64,000 nt of DNA, taken from Dendrobates tinctorius. Lineage: Eukaryota. This document shows positions 19,812 to 30,035 of the stretch, in pieces. The notes under the pieces were generated by a model. The model had not been told where the DNA came from, did not search any database, and was given only the letters and a program-made list of their open reading frames with translations. The stretch covers positions 21,204,001 to 21,268,000 of the forward strand of contig NW_027361784.1 of the NCBI RefSeq assembly GCF_039654945.1, read 5' to 3'. A program made the position numbers and the translations under genes. The stretch's first letter is position 1; the number at the start of each line of letters is the position of its first letter.

Positions 19812-21717
19812 CTCGAGGCACTTCGTACCTACGGACGACAGAGTGGGCGGACGCCTACTAAGGTTCAGCCACGTTTGGGTCGCAGTGACACGCGACACTT
19901 GGGTGGCAGAACTTGTATCGTCCGGGTACAAGATAGAGTTTGTCGGACGGCCACCACAGCGATTCTTCCGTTCGCGACTCTCCAAAACAGATTCGCAGGC
20001 GGAGAGTTTGTTACAGGCTGTAACGTCGCTACAGCACAAGGGGGTCATCGCCCCAGTGCCGCAGGGCGAAGAGTCGCAGGGGTTTTACTCCAATCTTTTT
20101 TCGGTCCCCAAAAAAGACGGGACTGTGAGGCCGGTTCTGGATCTAAAGATCCTAAACAGATTCATCAGGGTCAGGCGATTTCGGATGGAATCTCTCCGCT
20201 CGGTCATTGCAGCCATGGATCCAGGGGAATTCCTGGCCTCAATCGATGTGCAGGATGCATATCTGCATATTCCGATATTCCCCCCACACCAGAGGTTCCT
20301 GCGATTCGCGATCGGAGGACGTCACTTCCAATTCGTGGCTCTGCCCTTCGGTCTGGCCACTGCCCCCAGAGTCTTTACAAAGATAATGGCGGTGGTCATG
20401 GCCATCCTGCATGCACGGGGCATAACGGTGTTACCTTACCTGGACGACCTTTTGGTAAAGGGGCCGTCGTTTCAGGAGTGCCAGGACAATGTCGGTATTA
20501 CTCTGGATACCCTGGCCCGTCTGGGCTGGCTGATCAATTGGAGCAAGTCGTCCTTGGTTCCAGCCCAAAAAATCGTGTTCCTAGGCATGATTTTCGACAC
20601 CTCCCGGGGGCTGGTGATCCTCCCTCGGGACAAGGCGCAGAAAATCAAGCAGGGGATACGGAACCTTCTACAGCCGGGCTCCAGATCCATCCGGTATGGC
20701 ATGAGTGTGTTGGGCAGAATGGTGGCGGCGATAGAAGCAATCCCGTTTGCCCAGTTCCATCTCCGTCCGCTTCAGCATGCGCTCTTGGCAGCATGGGACC
20801 GGAGGCTGCTGTCTCTCAGTCATCGGTGCAAGTTGTCTCCGCTGGTACGGGGTTCACTCCGGTGGTGGACTCGCGACTCGTCGCTGGTCCAGGGGAAACC
20901 TTTTCCCCCGGAACAATGGTTGGTGGTGACGACCGATGCAAGCCTGCAAGGTTGGGGAGCAGTTTTCCAGAGTCACATAGCCCAGGGGCGGTGGTCAGTT
21001 CAGGAGATAGTTCTCCCGATCAACATTCTGGAGATACGGGCAATACGATTGGCCCTACAACATTTCCAGTGTTTCCTGAGACACCGGCCGGTGCGCATCC
21101 AGACGGACAATGCTACAGCGGTAGCATATGTCAACCATCAAGGGGGCACGCGCAGCCAGGCAGCCATGCGCGAGGTCGGACTGGTACTAAGTTGGGCGGA
21201 GAAGAACCGCGTGGTAATTTCAGCGGTGCACATTCCAGGAGTCGAAAACTGGGCGGCAGATTTCCTCAGCCGACAGGGGGTCGCGGCAGGGGAATGGTCC
21301 CTGCACCCCGAGATCTTTCAGCAGATCTGCCAACGGTGGGGGACACCAGACGTGGACCTTATGGCATCCAGAGAGAATGCCAAAGTACTAAGGTTTGTCG
21401 CTCGATCCCTCGATCCGCAGGCGATCGCAGCAGACGCGCTGGTGCTCCCGTGGAGCCAGTTTCGTCTCCCGTACTTGTTCCCCCCGCTGCCGCTGCTTCC
21501 AAGAGTTATCAGGAAAATAAGGAGGGAAAAGGTTCCAGCAATTCTGCTGGCCCCAGACTGGCCCCGGCGGGCCTGGTACGCAGATCTGGTCCAACTAGTG
21601 GTGGACGTACCCTGGCGTCTTCCAGATCGGCCGGACTTACTGTCCCAAGGGCCGATCTACCATCCGAACTTAGGGGCCCTGTGTTTGACGGCGTGGCCAT
21701 TGAATCTTGGCTGTTAA
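19810..21717 (+). CDS. DIRS C reverse transcriptase / RNase H / methyltransferase-like ORF (+1 frame relative to gag; true start unknown, frame open from 19537)
   Basis: VGGRL, FYSNLFSVPKK, DVQDAYLH, LPFGL, YLDD, TTDAS/LEIRA/QTDN/ADFLSR (RNase H), DLMAS...YLFPP...LAPDWP (MT-like). Confidence 0.95.
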   Translation, partial: DSRHFVPTDDRVGGRLLRFSHVWVAVTRDTWVAELVSSGYKIEFVGRPPQRFFRSRLSKTDSQAESLLQAVTSLQHKGVIAPVPQGEESQGFYSNLFSVPKKDGTVRPVLDLKILNRFIRVRRFRMESLRSVIAAMDPGEFLASIDVQDAYLHIPIFPPHQRFLRFAIGGRHFQFVALPFGLATAPRVFTKIMAVVMAILHARGITVLPYLDDLLVKGPSFQECQDNVGITLDTLARLGWLINWSKSSLVPAQKIVFLGMIFDTSRGLVILPRDKAQKIKQGIRNLLQPGSRSIRYGMSVLGRMVAAIEAIPFAQFHLRPLQHALLAAWDRRLLSLSHRCKLSPLVRGSLRWWTRDSSLVQGKPFPPEQWLVVTTDASLQGWGAVFQSHIAQGRWSVQEIVLPINILEIRAIRLALQHFQCFLRHRPVRIQTDNATAVAYVNHQGGTRSQAAMREVGLVLSWAEKNRVVISAVHIPGVENWAADFLSRQGVAAGEWSLHPEIFQQICQRWGTPDVDLMASRENAKVLRFVARSLDPQAIAADALVLPWSQFRLPYLFPPLPLLPRVIRKIRREKVPAILLAPDWPRRAWYADLVQLVVDVPWRLPDRPDLLSQGPIYHPNLGALCLTAWPLNLGC

Positions 21718-22736
21718 CACAGGCAGGATTCAGACGCGATGTGGCGGCCACGATGGTGAGTGCCCGAAAGCCTTCCTCGGCGAGGGTGTATCATCGAACT
21801 TGGGAAGTGTTTTTCCGTTGGTGTAGGGATCGTGAAGTGGCTCCTCTGGTTTTTTCGATCCCCAACGTACTGGCTTTTCTACAGGCAGGGCTGGACGCAG
21901 GGTTGGCTCCGAGTTCCCTCAGAACGCAAATCTCGGCCCTGTCGGTACTTTTCCAACGAAAAGTCGCTTCCGTCTGGCAGGTTAGGACGTTTATGCAGGG
22001 GGTCGCACATTTAGTACCCCCCTATAAGGCGCCGACGGAATCATGGGACCTGAACTTGGTGCTCAGAGCCCTTCAGGAGGCCCCTTTCGAACCATTGCAA
22101 GAGGTCCCCTTGCCTTACCTGTCCAGAAAAGTCGTTTTTCTAGTAGCCATAACGTCTATTAGGCGGGTTTCGGAATTGGCGGCCTTATCTTGTAAACCAC
22201 CGTTCCTAACCTTTTATAAGGATAAGGTAGTTTTAAGGCCAGCCCCCCCCTTCTTGCCGAAGGTTGTGTCTGCATTTCATATCAACGAAGACATCGTCTT
22301 ACCCTCGTTTTGCCCGGCACCGGTGCACAGGGTAGAGAAGGCTTTGCACACCCTGGATCTGGTAAGAGCCCTTAGGAGGTATGTGACGAGGACGGCGCCA
22401 TTCCGCCGGACAGACTCTCTATTCGTGGTTCCAGAGGGACGGCGGAAGGGGCTCGCGGCGTCCAGAGCGACTTTGGCCAGATGGGTTCGCCTGACGGTCC
22501 AAGAAGCTTATCAAATCAGTGGCACGCCGGTTCCGGCAGGGATCAGGGCTCACTCGGCACGGGCAGTGGGGGCCTCATGGGCACTACGACACCAGGCTTC
22601 AGCGGAGCAGGTATGCAAAGCAGCTACCTGGTCCAGTTTACATACGTTTATCAAACATTATAACGTACATACCCAGGCATCCTCGGATGCAAGCCTGGGA
22701 AGAAAGATTCTCCAGGCAGCAGTTGCGCACCTCTAA
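19812..22736 (+). CDS. DIRS C tyrosine recombinase ORF, in frame with gag and overlapping the whole RT ORF
   Basis: No stop from 19812 to 22736; C-terminal ~340 aa carry SIRRVSEL (R), FLPKV (K), AHSAR (HxxR) and FIKHY (Y). Confidence 0.93.
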   Translation, partial: LEALRTYGRQSGRTPTKVQPRLGRSDTRHLGGRTCIVRVQDRVCRTATTAILPFATLQNRFAGGEFVTGCNVATAQGGHRPSAAGRRVAGVLLQSFFGPQKRRDCEAGSGSKDPKQIHQGQAISDGISPLGHCSHGSRGIPGLNRCAGCISAYSDIPPTPEVPAIRDRRTSLPIRGSALRSGHCPQSLYKDNGGGHGHPACTGHNGVTLPGRPFGKGAVVSGVPGQCRYYSGYPGPSGLADQLEQVVLGSSPKNRVPRHDFRHLPGAGDPPSGQGAENQAGDTEPSTAGLQIHPVWHECVGQNGGGDRSNPVCPVPSPSASACALGSMGPEAAVSQSSVQVVSAGTGFTPVVDSRLVAGPGETFSPGTMVGGDDRCKPARLGSSFPESHSPGAVVSSGDSSPDQHSGDTGNTIGPTTFPVFPETPAGAHPDGQCYSGSICQPSRGHAQPGSHARGRTGTKLGGEEPRGNFSGAHSRSRKLGGRFPQPTGGRGRGMVPAPRDLSADLPTVGDTRRGPYGIQRECQSTKVCRSIPRSAGDRSRRAGAPVEPVSSPVLVPPAAAASKSYQENKEGKGSSNSAGPRLAPAGLVRRSGPTSGGRTLASSRSAGLTVPRADLPSELRGPVFDGVAIESWLLTQAGFRRDVAATMVSARKPSSARVYHRTWEVFFRWCRDREVAPLVFSIPNVLAFLQAGLDAGLAPSSLRTQISALSVLFQRKVASVWQVRTFMQGVAHLVPPYKAPTESWDLNLVLRALQEAPFEPLQEVPLPYLSRKVVFLVAITSIRRVSELAALSCKPPFLTFYKDKVVLRPAPPFLPKVVSAFHINEDIVLPSFCPAPVHRVEKALHTLDLVRALRRYVTRTAPFRRTDSLFVVPEGRRKGLAASRATLARWVRLTVQEAYQISGTPVPAGIRAHSARAVGASWALRHQASAEQVCKAATWSSLHTFIKHYNVHTQASSDASLGRKILQAAVAHL

Positions 22737-22802
22737 TCAGGGGCGCAAATTAGCATGGATTGGGTGAGCTAAGATCCCGCCCAGAGGACTGCTTTAGGAC
22801 GT

Positions 22803-22905
22803 CCCACAGTCTCTGTGTCCCCCAATGAGACGAAGGAGAAACATGGATTTTTGTGAGTACTCACCGTAAAATCCTTTTCTCCGAGACGCTCATTGGGGGA
22901 CACAG
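22803..22905 (+). other. DIRS C internal complementary region (ICR)
   Basis: Reverse complement of the left terminus joined through AAA to the reverse complement of the right terminus, i.e. an antisense copy of the circle junction. Confidence 0.95.
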
Positions 22906-24971
22906 CACCCACCCTATCAGCCAGTTGGCATTTACTTATTTTGAGTTTTACAAATCCTTGTACAAGGTTTAGGGTGGCACCCTTTTTCAGACATATACTT
23001 TCTTGCCTGAGTTTAAAGCGCGTTCTCCTACTGCTTATGCACTAAACTGAGTTACGCCCGGCCTAGGGGCTAGGGTGTATGCGGCGGAGGAGGAGCTAAC
23101 TCTTTTTTTGTACACTTAGTGTCGGCCTCCAGACGGCAGAAGCACACACCCACAGTCTCTGTGTCCCCCAATGAGCGTCTCGGAGAAAAGGATTTTACGG
23201 TGAGTACTCACAAAAATCCATGTTTTAGCTAAAAATCCACTCATTTAAAGTAAAAACAAAATTGCTCGCCACATGTTTATATCATTTAAGATAAATGGAA
23301 AGCAGTCACCGCAAGGAATAGTCATGCGCAAGGAGGCACATGGGACGTTACTGAAGGTCCGTGCCTACTTTCTATACACTACACTGTGTCACTTTAAAGG
23401 GGTGTTCCCAACTCAGACACACTCGCTTATTTTGGGAATGCGTTGGGAATATCCCTTTAATGAGCGAATTGATCAAATGCTGGCTGGACGGCGTGGGGGA
23501 GCCGGGGGTCACATATTTATTATGGAGTTTCCAGTAGTTATAAATTAATCCTTACTTAGCACCTATAAATCATCCAGTTTATTCAGAGCCGCCTGTTTAC
23601 ACGTCTGAGCTGGAAAGCTCCCAAACGATCAGGACAAAATGAACAGACTCACACCAGTTTTCACTAAGAAGGTCAACGAAAAAATATTCAATTAATCCCT
23701 TCACTAAGAGCCATTTAATTGCATAAATTGGCATGACTGCTTTTTTTTTTTCTTTTAGCGTAATGTAAATGAAGCAAATGGAACAAGGTGCTTATTATTA
23801 GGGGAAAGGGGCCCTTTAAATTATCGTGACTAGACCTGAGGTCGTTGTAAAAACTTACTGCAAATGTTCCTGAAAAATTATATATAAGAACGAAAGCAGG
23901 CTGCTACGGTCGGGGGGCGAAAGGGAAAAGGAGTATCAGCGGACAGACTGCATGATAAGACTATTCAATGTTGGCGTTCTTCAACCCTTTGTGTCTTGTT
24001 CACACATTGCACTTTTTTTTTTCCGTTGAAGTTTTTCCAACGACTTTTTTAAGTGTTGGTTTTCGTTCTGAAATCTCATGCACACGCTGCTTATTTTTTT
24101 TCCTTGTGGATTTGGACCAGAATAGCATTTTAAAAAAAATTAATATCTGTGGTACATTAATTCGATAAGCTTTTTTTGAAGATTTTTTTTCCCCCATTCA
24201 AATGAACAGGGGGAAAAAAAAAACGTGCATTTTCCAAAGCACTTTTCCTGCCAACACTCTTTGCCGGACGAGTTGTTGTTTTATAAGACACCATTCACTT
24301 TACTATATATTGCGTTGAAATGGTGATTTAAAAAAAAAAAAAAAAAAAATCATCATTTCACTTTTTTTCATTGTTACGATGCACTGGCTATAATAGTCTC
24401 CTGGTCAGTAAGGTGGTGTCGATACCAACAATGTATAGTTGCTGTTTTAAAAAATGTTTAACTTTGCAAAAAGTAAATTGAAAAAAATGTGGTTGGGCTC
24501 GTGATTTTTCCATACCTATATATATTTTTTTAATTTTTACATCATCATTGCTGCTCTGGCCTGTTGTACTTTCATTTTCTTGTCAATGCATTTTATGTGA
24601 GAGTAAGAGGAAAAGTCAATTTTGCATTTGGATTTATCTTTTCTTTTCTTTTACATTTGCATGGGGCCGTTGACTTGCATTTTGCAAATTTGATCTGCAA
24701 AACGGATCAAAGCTAGATATATTTCCTAGTTTTTATACATGTACAGTTGTTGTGCCTAAATGGGGAAACAAAAAATGTGAACAGGGCTCATTAATTCTAA
24801 TGGTTCGATGATCTTTCTGTAAAATTCATATCCAAGAATGTGATGTGTGAAAGAGCCCTTACAGAGTTATGCTGTCCATATACTGTGGTATGCCATATAG
24901 ACCATTAGTAAAAAGGGTAATAGTTGGCTCAACATTTTGAATCCTTAACATTATTCTTTATACAACATAGT

Positions 24972-25428
24972 AGAGAGAACCTGTCACCTACCTAAAAAAA
25001 AACAAAAAAAACACCATTTACCTTCAAATATAGGGTTAATCTGCTGGAAAATAGCATTTAAATCGTATCTGAGTTCACTTATTGGTGCAGTGGCTAAAGG
25101 GAGAAAATGAAGATTTATTCTCCCTGCAGCCGTTTGCTTCCGGCCATCGGTGCAGAAGCGGATACAGTCACTGCTTATGATATAGTGAGTGCAGCTGTCA
25201 ATCAATGTGTGTGTAGTTCAAGCTGTCAATCAAATTGCCTGGAGCGATTACAGCGCCCTCGTGGTATAGCGAGCGGTGACTATAACCGCCCCTTGCTCCA
25301 CCCCAATGACTGTAAACGAGCGGCTGCAGGGAGGATATAACTTTTAGGATGGCAGGCGTAATTGACCTGCAGGTTTGCCCTATATCAGTGAGTAAGTAGC
25401 TGTTTTTGGAGGTGACAGGTTTCCTTTG
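24972..25428. mobile_element. TTAA-type (T2/Kolobok-like) MITE, degenerate
   Basis: AGAGAACCTGTCACCT ... AGGTGACAGGTTTCCT termini; internal inverted arms (CCCTGCAGCCG / CGGCTGCAGGG). Confidence 0.6.
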
Positions 25429-25506
25429 ATAGAAACGTGACATTTGGATATTTTGTTTGTTTTTTCTTTCCTGTAGGTTGTGATTTCTCATCTCTTGTAT
25501 TTTCAG

Positions 25507-25642
25507 TCCTTCTTCCCACCTTCACTTCTCGATCAAACATCCCCATACCTTGTCCTGGGAGTATTACAACATGTTCCAGTGTAAAGCTCATCTGGTGATG
25601 CGACTGATTGAGAATCGCATCAGTATGGAGTTCATGCTGCAG
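25507..25642 (+). CDS. TAF2: TAF2 exon (PSSHLHFSIKHPHTLSWEYYNMFQCKAHLVMRLIENRISMEFMLQ)
   Basis: ttttcag/gtaagt, 136 nt, phase 2->0. Confidence 0.96.
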
Positions 25643-26830
25643 GTAAGTGGCATCAGACACAGAATACGTCACCTACCATATTCATTATTCGCTAAGCCAA
25701 TTAGTAAAATATATTTACACTTCTGACACGTCCCATTTCCGGAGCTATCACTTTTGTAAGTGTGGGAAAGACAGGAGGTAAAACTGCCAGGACTGGAGAG
25801 TTCCTCTAAAGCTGCACATTGCCAGTGGGTGCCTATCAGTCTGTTGTCGGATTTGACAATACAAAATGCATTCATTATTAAATTGATCTCTTAGTCCTGA
25901 TGAGACTGTTGTGGTTATTGTAAATATCCATGTCAGGCTGAATTACCCTGATATTAAAAGGAGCATTTATGGATTCCAGCTAGAGAAAGAGAGCTTGTGA
26001 GTCAAAATGTATTCAGTCTCCACCCAAGCTCGCTGACAGTAGGTTAAGATCTCAGCAGAGGTGAGGAGGGACACTGAGGAGCTGGCAATCAGGCTAAGTG
26101 AGATTAGATTCAGCCTCAACAGAAAGGAAGGACACTGAGGAGCTGGCAATCAGGCTAAGTGAGATTGGATTAAGCCTCAACAGGGAACTAGGGAACACTG
26201 AGGAGCTGGCAATCAGGCTAAGTGAGATTAGATTCCGCTAGAGCAGGGAGGAGGGACACTGAGGAGCTGTTAATTAGGCTAGGTGAAATTAGATTCAGCC
26301 GCAACAGGAAGGAGGGACACTGAGGAGCTGTTAATCAGGCAAAGTGAGATTAGATTCCACCGGAGCAGGGAGGAAGGACACTGAGAAGCTGTTTCTTAGG
26401 CTAGGTGAGGTTAGATTCAGCTGCAGCAGGGAGGAGGGACACTGAGGAGCTGTTAATCGGGCTAAGTGAGATTAGATTGCACTGGAGCAGGGAGGAGAGA
26501 CATTGAGGAGCTGTTATTTAGGCTAGTTCAGGTTAGATTCAGCTGCAAAAAGGAAGAGGGACATTGAGGAGCTGTTAATCAGGCTAAGTGAGATTAGATT
26601 CCCCTGGAGCAGGGAGGAAGGACACTGAGGAGCTGTTCCTTAGGCTAGGTGAGGTTAGATTCAGCTGCAGCAGGGAGGAGGGACACTGAGGAGCTGTTAA
26701 TTAAGCTAGTTGAGGTTATATTCAGCCGCAAACAGAGAGGAGGGACACTCAGGAGCTGTTTCTTAGGCTAGCTGAGGTTAGATTCAGCTGCAACAATGGA
26801 GAGACATTGAGGAGCTGTTATTCAGACTAA

Positions 26831-27029
26831 GGTCAGAGTCAGACGGCTGTATAACTCGTGCGAGAATCGCATCCCACTGCATGGCCTGGCCCAGCACCTC
26901 TTCTGACCTGAGCAGAACAGCATGATGGATTACTATGCAGCTGTCAAGCTCAGGTTAGGAGAGCCCACAGCCAGGATGAGATTTACGATGCGATTCTCGC
27001 ACGAGTTATACAGCCATCTGACCCTGGCC
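26831..27029. mobile_element. PIF/Harbinger-like MITE
   Basis: ~43-bp TIRs (GGTCAGAGTCAGACGGCTGTATAACTCGTGCGAGAATCGCATC); TAA duplicated at 26828-26830 and 27030-27032. Confidence 0.85.
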
Positions 27030-27083
27030 TAAGTGAGATTGGATTCACCCGGAGCAGGGAGGAGGGACACTGAGGAGCTGTTA

Positions 27084-28563
27084 GCCTATGTGCACACAAT
27101 GTGGATTTGTTGCGTTTCCGCAGCGTTTTTTCCGCTCTGAAATGCTCCAAAAATGCAATAGATTACTAAAGCAAGGTTAATCAATGACAATCCTGAAGTG
27201 TTGTGATCATGAGCTGGAATTTTCCGTCCTTATTTGCAGCGTTTTATTTTCTGCAGCATGTCAATTCTTATTTGCAGATCTGCAGCGTTTTTAACCCATT
27301 GACTTCCATTGCGTCAGTCAAATCTGCAGCAAAAATGCAGGTGTAAAAACGTTGGCGGATTAGCTGCAGATTTGCTGCCAAAAACGCTGCAGAATTGTCA
27401 AAGGAAGTGATGTGAGAAGGAGGAAGAGTGTATGGGTGGAGAATATGTGTGAGCGGAGAATATGTGCGTGTCTGTCTGCGTCTGTCTGCGTGTGTGTACC
27501 CATGCGATGAACAGCCCATAGTGATTATACTTAAGCGTCGTCTGATGGGACTACTACTCCCATCTGGGTATGTCTGCTGTCATATATAACAGAGACAGCA
27601 TGAGCCGATGATGGGAAAATAGTCTCATCATCTGGCGCCTGTGTGCAATTGTAAAAAAAAAAAAAAAAAAATCAAAACATCTACATAATTACATACATAT
27701 TCACGTACAAAGTACATACTCACCGAATACCTAATCTTCGACGCCCGCGTCTCCTGCAAGCAATCAAAAATAATAAACCAACATATACTCCCTGTCTGCC
27801 GTAGTCCTTTTAATACCAAGTGTCTCACGGCGATCTCACGTGTAGAACAGTCACATCGGGAGAATGTCGTGGGACTCTTGGTATTAAATGGACTACGTCG
27901 GACAGGATAGTAGTTATATGTTGGTTTATTATTTTATTTTTGTTGCAGGAGACGAGGGAGTCTGGGATTAGGTGTTCAGGAAGTATGGTAAATTAAGATT
28001 CAATAAAGGAATCTGTGTGAATATTCCAAATAAAGGACTTTATTCTGGCTGTGTCTTTATTTACCATGTAACTATAGGATTAGTAATGGATTGGTGTCTT
28101 ATAGACGCCTCTCCATTACTAACCTGTGGGCTTGATGTTACCGGACAATACAAAGGTGACATCAACCCTACAAATATGCCACCGCTACAGGGCAAGTGGG
28201 AAGAGCGAGGCTAAGTGCCAGAATTGGTGCATCTATAAGATGCACCATTTCTGGGACATCTGAGAGCTAATGTTTTTAAAAGCCTGGGGTGGTTCCAATA
28301 TCCGTGGCTCCTTCCCAGGCTATTAATATCAGCCCACAGCTGTCCGCCTAGCCTATGCTGGTTCGATTTTATAGGGGGACCCCATGTCAATTTTTTTTTC
28401 TGGGGTTCCTCTGTAAGCTAGCCAGTAAAGGCTAAGCAAACAGCTGTGAGTTGATATTAATAGCCTGGGAACCTTTATGGCTATTGGCTCTTTCCCAGAA
28501 TATTAACATCAGCTGTCGGCTTTCCCTCTGCTGGATATGAAAATTATGCGGGAGCCCGCGCAA

Positions 28564-28598
<35 letters not shown>

Positions 28599-29082
28599 GA
28601 AAAATAACAGATAATGCGTTTCATGCAGATTTCTGACAGTTGCTGTTTTGTTGTATCATATGTAGGTTAATTATGTTAATGCTCCTACATAGGTTGGTAA
28701 CTGTGTGTGTGTCTCTTTATTTAACTTTTTATGTACCGTTTTATTAATGATGGCATCTGGCTGACACCTGTTCATTACTAAACCTCGGGCTTGGTATTAC
28801 ATATATATGATAGTCACTTATATTTGTTTTGTGTGTGTAAACATATGTGAACATGGTATGTAATGATATTATGGTCTTCAATGGAGAATGAAAAAGAAGA
28901 GGTTGAACAAGGAAATGACATCACTTTTTTATATATATCTTTATTTAGCTTACAAAAACGCATCAAAAACACAACAAAAATGCATAAAATATGTGTGGAT
29001 TTTCCACTGCGTTTTTCTGCCAAGAGATGCATAAACCTTGCAGAAATTTCTGCAAGCAAATCCGCAACATATGCACAAAGCC
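27084..29082. mobile_element. 2-kb non-autonomous PIF/Harbinger-like element
   Basis: TTA duplication (27081-27083, 29083-29085); degenerate TIRs; subterminal GCGTTTT/GCAGA repeats; internal inverted repeat ~27715-27990. Confidence 0.75.
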
Positions 29083-29793
29083 TTAGTTAGGCTAAGTGAG
29101 ATTAGATTCCACTGGAGCAGGGAGGAGGGACACTGAGGAGCTGTTAATCAGGCTAGGTGAGGTTAGATTCAGCCGTAACAGTCATGAGGGACACTGAGGA
29201 GCTGGCAATCAGACTAAGAAGGCAAATATTGTTAAACTTTCATGAAGATTTGTACAGCCATTCTGATGTGGATTTTCAAGTAAATACACCAGTTTCACCA
29301 GCTCTAAGAAGTGTTTATTAATGTTTGTCGCTTATATTGTGAATGTACAGCAAAGGATAATAAGTGCAGGTTGGGAATTGATGAAATCCACCACTTAGCA
29401 TTTGCCACCGATGTCAGGTTTACAGAAATTGGGGGTGGGCACCGATGGCTGGATATATGGGAATGAGACTCATTGACTTTTCTTAAAAATGAAAGGTTTA
29501 GGCTCTTGGCCTCTGCATGTGAACAACATTGTTTCCATTCACTGACAGCAACAGAAGCTCCTTATTATTGTGAGTAATTGAAAAACAAAGTTGGAAAACT
29601 TGACATTATGCTAAAAGTAGCCACTAAATATTTATTTTGTGAATCAAGCATTTGAATTCATGGGGGTTTTAGGGGAAAACTCTTAAGAGATATCTTTTTT
29701 TATAAAGTATTTTATCAGCTGTTCATAGGATTTGGTAATAAATGTGTAAATACTTAGGACCACCATCTATCACTAGAAGAAGAAGAGGGATTG

Positions 29794-30035
29794 CGATGGG
29801 ACCCCCCATTTCTAGTATTCCGATCCCCGGCCATCACACATTGCTCACCCATCTGTGGGGACCATCAGCGATCCCTTGAACAGAGACGTGCCCATCCATA
29901 GTCTGTTGGACTGTGATGGGACCCCCCATTCCTAGTATTCCAATCCCTGGCCATCACACATTACTCACCCATCTGTGGGGACCATAAGCTATACCTAGAA
30001 CAGAGAAGTGTCCATCCATTGTCTGATGGGACCCC
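29794..30035. repeat. tandem duplication of ~120 bp
   Basis: GATGGGACCCCCCATT.CTAGTATTCC...CACCCATCTGTGGGGACCAT occurs twice. Confidence 0.85.

Larger units (their letters stand above)
17265..23225 (+). mobile_element. DIRS1-type retrotransposon copy C, full length, apparently intact
   Basis: TTT at both ends; ITRs (~17279-17408 vs ~23044-23173) differ at one position by my reading; ICR matches both termini; three uninterrupted ORFs. Confidence 0.97.
26040..29220. repeat. ~59-bp tandem satellite (GGGACACTGAGGAGCTGTTAATCAGGCTAAGTGAGATTAGATTC...), interrupted twice
   Basis: About 16 units; the array resumes in register after each insertion. Confidence 0.92.

Noticed and set aside
25897-25925. 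CTGATGA hammerhead-like core (another at 37981)
   Set aside because: No stem II followed by GAAA and no NUH site in register.
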